Positions 1 through 10,548 are shown, counted from the whole stretch's first letter. The stretch: DNA of 46,387 bases, filler included, from Dirinaria sp. TL-2023a (GCA_051941275.1; 2 parts of 2 records of this genome joined end to end with filler, not necessarily neighbours in it); one strand, 5' to 3'. Notes: generated by a model from the sequence alone, not told the origin. A program made the numbers and translations.

Positions 1-3000
1 CCCCGCCTTCACAATATCATTCGGCCGCACGAGGATTTTTTCGATTGTGGATCCCGCCGCATGACCATCCTCGTCGTTCGCTCGCACCGTGATCTCCAAT
101 TTCATGGCCTCCAAGATCGCGACCACGTCGTTTCCTTTCAGGATGTCGCCTTCGCGCGCGATGACTTTCCATACATTGGCGTTGAGGGGGCTTGGGATTT
201 GTGATATTGCTGGGTCTATTATTGCGAAGTTTCTAGATATCAGCGATGGTGTCACGGGGGAGGAAAAAAAAAAGACACTTGGAGTGTGTAAAGAGGGGGG
301 AATTTTTCGCGTACAAGTACGTACCGTTGAGTAAAGCTTCGATCTTGTCCACGGGGATCTTGCCTTCGGCTTTCTCCCTCGTCCATTTTTCCATGAGATG
401 CGCTTCCACCCGGTCCATTTCCTTTTGCGCCTCGCTCTGTTTCTTCCTGATCTGGGCTACTTCATCCTTCGTCTGCTCGAGCAGGGTATTATGCTCCGCC
501 ATATCGAATACCGTGTTCTCAACCTGATACTCGTACCGTCCGCTGTGGAAAAGCGCGAGCTGCTTCTCGTATTCTTCCTCGCTGACTTCGTGGAAGGAAA
601 GCTGATCGAAGTCTTCGAACAGCCACGGCCGCGCGAGGGAATAGCCCTTTTTCGAGCCGAGGATGTCCACGCCTGGAATCGTGCGTCCGGTCAGCTGGTA
701 CCCGCCTGGGGATTCGACGTTGTAGAGAGCCATGCAGGCGCCGCCCCATGAGACTTGGCCTTCTGGGGTGAAGACGCGAGAAGGGTTGAACTGGTTGGAT
801 CACATTAGCCGTGGGCACGAATTATTGCTGCATTTGCAAAGGATACCTTCGGACAATATATCCTTCTCCTCGGATCAACGGGTAAACATAAAGGCAACGC
901 AGCGAAGAAGCCCACGCTGACAGCTATTAATTCATTCCCTAGTAAAATTTGCTTCAAATCCTTCTTTTCAAGGCCGTTGTTCTTTGCGACGAATTCCATG
1001 TTGTCAGGGAGGTAAGACGCATATGGGCGTTGCGTCTCCATGTATCTCTTGATAGCCTCTTTTTCCCCGGAGGTATCGAACGTTATGGGGAGCTTGAATA
1101 TGCGACTGGGGACTTTTGCGTGAGATAGATCTCCTATGGAAGACTCTAGGGAGATAAGCTGCTCGATGAGACGCGCTTGCGGGATTCGCAACCCGTTGTA
1201 ATGGATTAGCAATGCTGCAATATCAGTGAACTTTAAGCATGTCATGCATCATTGAGGAATGGGATTGGGAAAAGAGAAGATAGGACATACTGTTGCAGCA
1301 TCCTACGGTGTTTGTTAGATCGTTGGAAAATGAGATTCCCGTTCTGGACTCTTTGAGGGCTTTGTTTAGAGCTGTTACTCGGCATCGGTGGTTCAGATCG
1401 AAGTTTCCATGGCCGTATTCGACTAGAAGGTAGTCATCTCCTCCCTATTTAGAAATTCAGTTAAATCAATGATATATAGCAGACCTCAAACGGATTTGGG
1501 AATCGAACTGATCGCAACGCATCTTGCAAATCCATCACGAAGGGCGTTAGAGTTCAGGGCTTTTGAGGACAGCCGGGTATTGTAGGTACTCGGCCAATGC
1601 TTTGCTGCTGAATTTTATCATCTGAACACTTTGCTGCGCGGCTGCATAGAAATCTTTTTCCAAAATTACGTTCTTATGGTCTATACCCATGGGTAGATAT
1701 TGCGTTGTTCGACCATTACATACCTATCTGGATTATTGAATCGTGAAATCGTAGTGGGATCAGTGGGATCCAACGATGTGTCAACAAACACGCTCAAAGC
1801 TTACTGGGCTCATGAATGAGGAGACTGAAATGTCACTTACTTGGCGATACGTCGTGAGGGGTTGTTTGTCCTTGCTAGCGATCTGATGAACAATTGCATC
1901 TCCAGCCTTGTCCGAGCGGGCTGAAAGCGGCGTCTTCTCGTAGTCAAGTGGCTCGATCTCGTTGAATCTCATCTTGCCACTGCAAGCTTTCCCTACATCT
2001 CCAATGTACTGATCTATGCGCGCTCTTATCTCCAGCGCCTGTTGCAGTGAGACTTCACGGTACTGCATGGTATCGCCAGCCTTCATCTGACCCAGTCTCC
2101 AAAACTCGCCCTTAACGATAGTTGTACTAGATACGAAACCACCAAAATCTGGGCAATCAACAGGGAAAATGCAGGGGTCATCGCCAGTCCAGTTTAGTGT
2201 GCCCACTGGATAGCCATATTCGGCTACATTGCTTGGATGCGCACCACCTTCACCGCCGTCAGACCTCGCCCACTTTGGCTTCGGACCGATAAGTCGAATA
2301 CCTCCACGTGCGGCATTGTGCGATATTTGCCATGTGGTGTCGTACACCATGGAAATGTCAGAGGAAGTAAGGAAGCCCGTGGTGTAGGGACCAGGGAGGC
2401 AGGCCAGCGACCAGTGGCTCGGGTACGCAGGTACAAGATTTTCAGGGATTATACATGGCCCCGATATAGTATCCGGTACTACCTTGGTCAATGCAAGCAA
2501 GTCACCCGATGCGAGTGCTCGGCCTTGCAAGCCGCCAACACGGACACCCGGAGACGTGGCCTTCGACCCAAACCACTCTGCTACGCTTGGTAGGCCACCA
2601 TGTAAGGCAAGATATGAGCGGCAGCCGCCGTTCGTAGTCCCGCCTATCTTGAGCTTCTGTCCGGCTTCGATACGGGTTCTGGTCCACATTGATATAGCTC
2701 TGCCATCAACTTTAACGTCTATTGGTGCACCGCAAACCGCAACAACGGCTGCACCAAGGAATAGAAGCTCTGGACCATCCAAGGTGATCTCGAGACCTTC
2801 GGTGCCTCGCGCATTACCCACTAGCAGGTTGGCGACTTGGAATGCTAGTGGATCCATCGGGCCGGCATGAGGAAAGCCTCTTCCCATACTTGGCCGGCCT
2901 GGGAAATCTTGAACGGTCGTGTGAGCACCGCCGCTTATTACTTGGATGGCCGCGGGAGCGTACTGAAAGTCGGTCAGAAACTTGGTCATGGTTTCACCTG

Positions 3001-4608
3001 CGTTAAAGCGCGGGTCGTCTAGAATCGATGCAATGAAATCCAGATTCGTAGGTGGGCCACAAATACGAGATTGGGTAAGTATTTCATGCATTCCCGCAAT
3101 TGCACAGTTTCTATTTGGAGCATGAAACATCATTTTTGCCAGCAACGGATCATAGTTTGACGAAACAATGGTACCGGTGCGCACCCAAGTATCGAGCCTT
3201 GATCCGTCAATATCTTTCCAGTTGACGAGTTGCAGAACTCCTGGTGCTGGGGCGTAATCGCGCGCTGGATTCTCAGCATAGACTCTGGCTTCTATGGCAC
3301 AGCCTTGGGGCTCGGAAGGCTGCAATGATTTGAGCTTGTTTGGATCAATACCGCCTTTACCCCCGATTTCAGCGTCCGCTTGTTCTAGCATGAGCTTTAC
3401 AAGGTCAACGTTATAGCAGAGCTCGGTGATACCATGCTCAACTTGTAACCTCGTATTCATTTCGAGGAAGAAGAAATCGACACTTTTGTTGTCGACTAAG
3501 TATTCAATTGTACCAGCTGAGCCGTATTTGATGGACTCCGCCAACCTAACAGCGGCCTCACAGATCTTTTGTCTGAGTGCGGGATGCCTCTCAACGAAAG
3601 GACTAGGGCATTCCTCAATCACCTTCTGATGCCTCCTCTGGATCGAGCATTCTCTTTCGCCGAAATGAATCGCACTGCCCTGGCCGTTGCCAAAGACTTG
3701 CACTTCTATGTGATGGCTGTCAGGGTAGAAACGCTCCATGAACAGACCGCCATTTTTGAATAGTGCTTCGCCCCTGCACTTCACTGTTGCATACGCCTCT
3801 CTAACCTCCGGGGCACTCTGACACGTTAAAAGTCCCATGCCTCCGCCACCCGCTGTAGCTTTTAGCATGATTGGAAAGCCGAGCGTTTCGGCTTCCCTTA
3901 CAGCATCTTCTTCACTTTCTATGAGCCCGTTAGAACCAGGGACGATGGGTACGCCAGCTTTAGCCGCAAGCTCGCGAGCGGTATGTTTAATGCCAAAGGA
4001 CTTGATAGTGGCTGGAGAGGGCCCAACCCAAGCTATACCAGCATCTGAAACGGCGTGCGCGAAGGAGGCATTTTCCGACAGGAAACCGTAGCCTGGAATA
4101 ATGGCATCGGCGTTATATTTTTTGGCGATATCGATGATAGCGTCTCTGTGGCGGAGGCAGCGAATTTAGGAGAGTACTTTAAGACAAGGGCCGCATTTTT
4201 CATAAGCGAGCCGGAAAGTAGCAGAACACAAGTAGTGATCAATGCTAGTGCACTTGAGAATTTCCAAAGCCTGTGGGAATTTGGCGTCTATGATACAGAA
4301 AGAGACACTTATGTGACTTCATGTCCACTTACCCATCGAGGTAGCCTTTGGCATTCCCACCTGGTAGCAACACGGATTCGTCGGCGTCGAGAACATGAGT
4401 CGATGCCGCATCCGCTTCAGTATAAAGCGCTATGCTACGGATGCCTACTTTTCTGTAAAGAATTAGAGACGAAGTTCAGCGTCCGAAAAGGGGCCGAAGG
4501 GGCATTTGTGAATCAAGGAGATATAGCTCGGCTATACTTGACGCTTTTGATGATCCTGGTGGAGATCTCTCCACGGTTCGCAACCACCACTGTCTTGATC
4601 CTTTCCAT
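1..4608 (-). CDS. lamA: Urea-carboxylase-like biotin enzyme (biotin carboxylase + two carboxyltransferase/PxpC-PxpB-like domains + biotin carrier), LamA-like; 3' end runs off the window
   Basis: Predicted exons 4608-4538, 4452-4333, 4145-1841, 1444-1291, 1214-847, 790-325, 215-<1, all GT-AG. Motifs: VVVANRGEI, IIPGYGFLSEN, KATAGGGGMG, ERECSIQRRHQKVIEE, EMNTRLQVEH (biotin carboxylase); TTVQDFPGR, GGAHPSN, TGDDP, SPGGYQLTGRT (carboxyltransferase); EAMKLE biotin-lysine motif near 95-112. The lamA symbol is inferred from the divergent LamB neighbour. Confidence 0.9.
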
Positions 4609-4916
4609 CTGGACACAAAACACTCAGTGAGGTCTTCCCAACTCATTCTTGTCGATGCAAGGCCGCAACATCATGTTCTTCAGCGGTCTGCTATTCCGTC
4701 AACCCGAGGCTCTCTGCCTTGAATTGAAGGCTAGTGCTTTCGATGCGGGGTGAAGTCAATTGATAAGGAGGGGCTGAACGGGCCAGGCTCTGCAGCTCTC
4801 CTAGAGGCCTACGTCACAATATGGCAACGTTCCTAGCTAGCTCTTTATTGCTCGTGTGCCAGAAGAGTTGCTCTTGTCAGAATTGAGGTGTTTGATTGCG
4901 TCTAGTCAGCTAGAAC
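4609..4916. promoter_or_regulatory. 308-bp bidirectional promoter of the lamA/lamB pair
   Basis: Lies between two head-to-head ATGs. Contains CGG-N9-CCG (4684-4698, Zn2Cys6-type site), GCGGGG (4745-4750, fits the CreA SYGGRG consensus) and GATAAG (4762-4767, GATA/AreA-type). Short motifs of this kind can occur by chance. Confidence 0.55.
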
Positions 4917-5781
4917 ATGGGTCCCATCAAGCACAAAGCACTCATCAACGTTGATCTGGGTGAGGGGTATGGAAACCTCAAATGCGTAGGAAAGCTTTTC
5001 TCTACAACGACTCCTGTAATGACATGCCGAACAGGGTCCGGACGAAGAACTCCTACCCTACATCTCCCATGCTAATGTAGCTTGTGGTTTCCACTCTGGA
5101 GATCCAGTCATCATGATGAACACAGTCAGCCTTTGCAAGAAACACAACATCAAGATCGGCGCCCATCCTGGTCTGCCAGATCTGCAAGGCTTCGGTCGTC
5201 GCGAAATGAAGCTGCAGCCGGAGGAGCTCACCGCCATCACGGTGTATCAAGTCGGAGCGCTCAAAGGTTTCTTGGACCGGGAAGATGCCCAAATACACCA
5301 TGTGAAACCACATGGCAAACTCTATGGAATGATGTGTGCGGATTATGATGTTGCTGTTGCAGTGATGAAGGGGATCCCAAAGGGTATACCGGTGTTCGGA
5401 CTTGCAGGAACGAACATGGAGAAGGCAGCGATAGATTTGGGAATCCCATTTTGGGCTGAGATGTATGGTGACGTCAAGTATAGTGCTGACGGGCTGTTGG
5501 TCATCGATCGGATAAAACAGTACACTCTTTACTTACCTTTAGGTAGTGGACGACGCTGACCCACCACTAGGCCGTGGAAATTGGAAGACGTTGAGAAGCA
5601 CGTGGAGCAGCAGATCACCACAGAATCAGTGACGGCGGTTGACGGAAGTAATGTACCACTCCAAGTGAAAGATTATCCAATTTCGATATGTTGCCATTCG
5701 GATTCGCCTGGCTGCATCGAAATCGTTCAAACAACCAGGAAGGTAGTGGATCGGTTCAACAAAGAGCATGGTTGGACATAA
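4917..5781 (+). CDS. lamB: LamB/YcsF family protein (5-oxoprolinase PxpA-like, lactam utilisation)
   Basis: Exons 4917-4985, 5035-5519, 5571-5781 give MGPIKHKALINVDLGEGYG...ANVACGFHSGDP...GAHPGLPDLQGFGRR...HVKPHGKLY...ICCHSDSPG, the family signature motifs. Confidence 0.93.
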
Positions 5782-7024
5782 AGATTATTTGAATGCCTGT
5801 AGATTTGTACCTTGAGCTGGCCTCGAAATTATTAGAAATCTAGGGAGATGCCTTAATCCAGGAGCAAGAAGGGGATTTTGAACTCCCTCGAGTCGTTACC
5901 GCGTTCAAGCGCCAGCTCAAGCACCAATATCTGGTAAATGAGAACGAATATATTGCGGCCACACTCAATTTCATTAGCTGAATATTTGGTGAACTGTAAC
6001 AGCGTTACAGGACCTGATTTTACCGTTGATTTTTGCTTGGTTTTCGTCCTTCAATCTGTCGACATCAGTCTGCATAACTTGACTTCAAAGCTTTGATCAA
6101 TAGATACCATGCGATGAGGACATTAAGGGGAAGGCCGGTATAAGTGATTTCGGACGCTATGACATTCCACGGAACAGTAAATTGATGGGGAGGGTTCTTA
6201 GACTGCCCTCATTCCTGGCGAGTGCGATCCAGTGCACTGTAATCCCCATTTGTGGAAGCTTGAAGAGTCACGATACGCTGTGTAGTAGATTCCAGCATAG
6301 TACAGAGGTTGCCGATGCCATGGGAGAAGGTACTAGCAAGCTCTAATTCGGATTTGTGGTTTACAGAACCGACATGGTGAAGAGCCTATTAAATTGGGGC
6401 CTTTGGGGTTTTTAACTGTACGCAGGAAAGTCCATAGCTTTACCAACCGATGTGCTTTTCACTTCATTGCCAATTGACTGAGTGTAGATATTTCTCTGCT
6501 TCTTGACAATACCAAGGAATTAGGATAGCGGCTGGGTTGATAAGTGAGAAAAACATTGTTGGCTCGAGCCATGATTAGGTAGAGGCAAGTTGAAACTCCA
6601 AAAAGATTGTGCTAAAGATCAGTCAGGGGTGTTGACTACTGCGCATTTGACTGATTACTGGCAGGTAGTAGACAGAATGCTCGATTTTTTTGCTCCGAAC
6701 ATTGGCTTGCAGAAAAGGCTCAGAGCCAGCCTCAGGCAAACCCTAGCGAGCAATCTGGTCAATAAAAGGAATAATATATCTTTGTTTTTGACATGTGGCT
6801 TTGATTTCTTGATCGTAGTTGGTGTGTACGGAGGCATTTTGAAGAGGCTTCTCCCAACAACAGCTATCCGACGAAGGTGTCAAAACCTCAGAAGAGGCTA
6901 GCGTTATTATGTAATAGATGTGATTGGTCAACCTAATCGCCCGTTGGCTTGGCCATCGCCCGCACTACTGATTCAAGATTACATTATTGAAGCTGCATCA
7001 ATACAAGCAGGCAGAGATGCTCTT

Positions 7025-8620
7025 ATGTTTCGATGGCACCGAATTTGCCGGACTAATATCTGCCCCTTTCCTAGGCTCCTGCAACGTGGCGCGCCCGTCC
7101 GCAGATCTATCGCCATAACTTCCGCCTCTACCCAGGATAGAATTGGGACTGAAGTTCAAAATGGCGGAAGGCGTCGAAAAGTCTATGATAACCGGCTGGA
7201 GACTCGAAAAGAAGCCCACAGACAACGCATCCGAAAGTCTTCATGTCCAAAACTACCATTGAAAAAGCCTGCAAACTTCTTCAAAGGTGCCATTCATGAG
7301 ATGGTCCTTCTGGAAATACTATTCATTAACTGCATTACAGATTCTTCTGTATCCGACTTCCAAACTCTTCACAAAAAGTCCCATCTGGAAAAATTTGATC
7401 GCAGTCGTGTTAAACTTTCAGCTCCAGTGCCGAGAATTCGACCAACTGATGATGGAAAAAGTCTTGCCGCTCCGCCACGAACTCCATATACCAGAAATCG
7501 GTTAGCCCGGCCGCTCAAATGGAGTCGTCAATATGACAGGCCACTCATACGCAAACTTCAAAATGACACGCCCCTCATACGGACATTTGAAAAAGACACG
7601 CCGCTCACACGCAAAGTTCAAAATGACACGCCTCTCATACGGACATTTGAAACAGGCAAGCCGCTCACACGCAAAGTTCAAAGTGACACGCCTCTCATAC
7701 AGACATTTGAAAAAGACAAGCCGCTCTTACAGCTCTATCCTAGGCCCAAAGGACTAGCGATTGACGCTCGCAAGGGGCAGGAGGGAGCGATAAAACGAAG
7801 TGTATGTGTGGGGGAAAAACATCAACGCCCGCCTTTGATACGGAAATATCGTGCCCGGAGGACTAGCAGCGGCCCTACATCCAAGGATTTGCCACTGATA
7901 CCAAAACATCGTATTGGAGCCATTCCAAGCAGCCCCGAACTTAAGCATCTACCTCTAATACGGAAAAATGTGTTCATGAGGGTCCTGAGGTTTGGTACGC
8001 CGCAGCTACGCTCGAGTATGACGCAGGAAGAAAAGATAGAAGAAGAGCCTCAATTCAAACCCACTGAGAGTGCAAATGCTCCTCAGTCGAATATGCGTGT
8101 ACGTGTCTTTAGCCTCGCTCGCGAAACTACTCAAACTGCGACTGCACCTCGATCGAGCATACAAACGCGTGTCTTTGAGCTGAGTCGTCATCCGACCAAG
8201 CGCCTCTACATCAGCGAAGAACAAAAACAGACTCTACCAGGTACAGAGCAGGATGCCCCTCCACACCTTGTCTTACGTCTTTGCAAAAGTGGCCGTGTGG
8301 CAAGGAGAGTCCTCGTGGAACAAGGAAGTGGCTGTGTGGCAAGGAGAGTCCACGCGGAACAAAGGAGAGTCCTCATGAAACAAAGGAGATCTAGACCACG
8401 ACGACCTCGAACCTACGGGAGCGACAAGGTGCGAGAGTTTATAAGAAAAGGCTACCGCGTTCATCATGCAATAATGCCAGCCAAAGATTCACCCAAAGAT
8501 GCTAAGGCAATAAGACAATTGGCCAGTCGCGAACCAGAAGAATTGCACGTACTTCTTGATGAAGTGCTAACTAGCTTTCAAAAATTAGCTCCCAGATCAT
8601 TAGCGAAAGACTTAGAGTAA
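7025..8620 (+). CDS. Orphan, very basic protein with internal PLIRK-type repeats; possible mitochondrial presequence
   Basis: About 1.6 kb of open frame from ATG 7025; internal repeat units are multiples of 3 (30 and 39 nt); possible in-frame intron 7287-7340 (GTGCCA...ATTAAC...TACAG). No family recognised. Confidence 0.55.
   Translation: MFRWHRICRTNICPFPRLLQRGAPVRRSIAITSASTQDRIGTEVQNGGRRRKVYDNRLETRKEAHRQRIRKSSCPKLPLKKPANFFKGAIHEMVLLEILFINCITDSSVSDFQTLHKKSHLEKFDRSRVKLSAPVPRIRPTDDGKSLAAPPRTPYTRNRLARPLKWSRQYDRPLIRKLQNDTPLIRTFEKDTPLTRKVQNDTPLIRTFETGKPLTRKVQSDTPLIQTFEKDKPLLQLYPRPKGLAIDARKGQEGAIKRSVCVGEKHQRPPLIRKYRARRTSSGPTSKDLPLIPKHRIGAIPSSPELKHLPLIRKNVFMRVLRFGTPQLRSSMTQEEKIEEEPQFKPTESANAPQSNMRVRVFSLARETTQTATAPRSSIQTRVFELSRHPTKRLYISEEQKQTLPGTEQDAPPHLVLRLCKSGRVARRVLVEQGSGCVARRVHAEQRRVLMKQRRSRPRRPRTYGSDKVREFIRKGYRVHHAIMPAKDSPKDAKAIRQLASREPEELHVLLDEVLTSFQKLAPRSLAKDLE
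7541..7735 (+). repeat. Coding tandem repeat: 30-nt units alternating A/B, giving a 60-nt higher-order unit x3 plus a partial copy
   Basis: ccRctcaYacgcaaaSttcaaaRtgacacg alternates with ccYctcatacRgacatttgaaaMagRcaMg; encodes PLIRKLQNDT/PLIRTFEKDT/PLTRKVQNDT/PLIRTFETGK/PLTRKVQSDT/PLIQTFEKDK. Confidence 0.9.
8288..8389 (+). repeat. Short coding tandem duplication (39-nt unit x2 plus a partial copy)
   Basis: agtggccgtgtggcaaggagagtcctcgtggaacaagga / agtggctgtgtggcaaggagagtccacgcggaacaaagg / agagtcctcatgaaacaaaggaga. Confidence 0.8.
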
Positions 8621-9877
8621 ATAGAAACACTCCATTCGCTTTACTACACAACGAAATAGCTGGAACAGCACAGCGGTCACCGCATGCAACCTGTTTGTGT
8701 CCATGTGAGGCTTTCAAATGGTATGCCATTTTGCAATTGTAGGACTAGGCATACACATATCTCCAGATTTGCAGCCGACATACAGCGAAAATCCGCTGCG
8801 CGCCCAAGAAGCCCACAACAATCTACTCGTTATGGAGAATCGCCACTCAATGCGGGATTCGCTCAACTCTGTCGAGCTTGCGGATTAGTATGAAAATAGA
8901 TTTCGAGAGAAATGCATAGGCTATCACCCGTTTTCACGGAGCCTTAAACGCAAACATGGAATCTGTATTGCCTTCTCCAATCCATGCAAGGAGGTTTCTT
9001 GCGCCGTGAATCCAGTGTTGCAAGCAAGCTTCACACTCACTCGTTGCTCCGAAATCGTGCGTCGTCACTAGTCTCTCTCTCTGTCATCGAAAGAGAATCT
9101 TTTCTACTCGGGCTCCTCTGTCATTGCCAGACTCTCAATACTTTTACCATGCACCTCCTCTGCACCATTGGAAAAAAAAATTCGCAACTTCTTTCTACTA
9201 CTATAATCTTTCACGTGCATTTACTCACGGCTCATACCATATATCTGGGAATGCAGCAGAGATGTGGGAGGAGGGCAAAGTTTTGAGATTCATAATTCTA
9301 CACTTCTACTTACCGTCTTCATATACCCGAAGAAGCCAGGATGTGCTTGTGATGCATTGATGGATTCGATACACGGAACACGGCATAAAGCCTTTAGGGA
9401 GAAGTCACATACATAGCAGGAAAAGAAAGCATAGGTAGCAGCCCGTTTGAGGAAAGGTGACACGGAGAAAGATTTGGTCTGGTTTTCCAGGCTCTAGCAT
9501 GCATTCCTACTAGCTCGAAGCATCATGAGCGTGGTATCAAACTCTTCAGCTCTAGGTACAATGCGTGTGCTCCACTATGACTCGAATACAAGAGCATCGA
9601 TTTCGCCCCTTTTTGGGGCTTTATGTACTCCTTTTTCCCTTCCTCGATCCGTGGTTAAGAAGGGGCTTGTGCAGTACAGCAGCGAAGCTTACTTTTGGTC
9701 CAGCACTGATATGGAGAATTAAAATGTTCTTCCATCTGGAGTAGGACTGTGTATTCAGACCCGTACATCGGTGTTGGGGGTCTCCTACATCAACATGTAC
9801 AGTGAATAATCAATACTTGAGGAAGCAGGGGAAGGAGATAATTAAGGTACAGTAGTGCTTTGGCCTTTGTGAAAGTC

Positions 9878-10265
9878 GTCCTACAGTGTGCTAGCCCAAT
9901 CTGGGTTTTTGTTGGGTTTCTGTCGGGCTTTACGCGTCAGAAGAATCTTCAAGGTGGTCCTACAATGTGCTAGCCCAATCTGGATTTTTGTTGGTTTTCT
10001 GTCGGGTTATAAACGTTAGAGGAGTTTTCAAGATGGTCCTGAAGTGTGCTGGCCCAATCTGGGTTTTTGTTGAGTTTCTGTCTTGTTGTGCGCGTCAGAA
10101 GACTTCCATTTCAAAGGGGTCCTGAAGTGTGCTAGCCCAATCTGGGGTTTTGTTGAATTTCTGTTGGGTTATGAACGTTGGAAGAATTTGGCTTCCAGAT
10201 CTCAAAGTGGACTATCAATACTACCACACTCTAGATTTTTGTCAAATTTTAGTCAGGCTATAACA
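9878..10265. repeat. Non-coding tandem array of ~79-bp units (4 clear copies, 1 degenerate)
   Basis: Units start at 9878, 9957, 10036 and 10119 (periods 79, 79, 83) with core gtcct..a.tgtgct.gcccaatctgg..ttttgttg..tttctgt; a decayed A-rich fifth copy starts near 10210. Confidence 0.9.
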
Positions 10266-10390
10266 GGAGAAACAATGCTTTCAGATTCAAAAGACAGTAG
10301 TTCTATTGGTCAGAAATCATAATTGTCAGTCAAGAATTCAATTTTCTTCTGTTATTACGACATTTATCTGATGTAGCTTACAAGTATCCA

Positions 10391-10548
10391 TACTCGCATT
10401 CACCTACTTTCTTGTCAGGGTTAGGGTTACAAGCAGTTTTTCACTTAGGGTTAATGGAAGGTATTTTAACGGGGTGAAATACTCCCTGTAGCCCTAACCC
10501 TAACAAGAAAGTAGGTGAACCAAGAACCTTAGTAGGTGATTACGAGTA
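10391..10548. repeat. Foldback / MITE-like inverted repeat containing telomeric TTAGGG/CCCTAA units
   Basis: 10399-10431 (ttcacctactttcttgtcagggttagggttaca) matches the reverse complement of 10487-10519 at 31/33; 10391-10408 also matches the reverse complement of 10531-10548 at 16/18; a further ttagggtta lies at 10445-10453. Confidence 0.8.

Noticed and set aside
1492..1533. tRNA-like element on the minus strand (GGATTTG...GTTCGATTCC-CAAATCC)
   Set aside because: Only 42 nt, with no pairing T stem and no D or anticodon arm.
4055..4630. 191-aa plus-strand ORF
   Set aside because: Antisense to the first three lamA exons, which carry clear biotin carboxylase motifs.
5843..5935. Exon-like segment (ctag|GGAGATGCC...TATCTG|gtaaat, reading DALIQEQEGDFELPRVV...)
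   Set aside because: No partner exons or recognisable homology; may be chance.
9878..10200. CRISPR-like repeat-spacer array
   Set aside because: The apparent spacers are homologous to each other, the repeats are degenerate, there are no cas genes and the context is eukaryotic.
10410..10510. Telomerase RNA gene called from the CCCTAACCCTAAC / TAACCCTAA template-like sequence
   Set aside because: The longest template-like copies are locked in a 33-bp inverted repeat, and I could not identify a pseudoknot, CR4/5 or Sm site by eye. Kept only as a test under the foldback finding.
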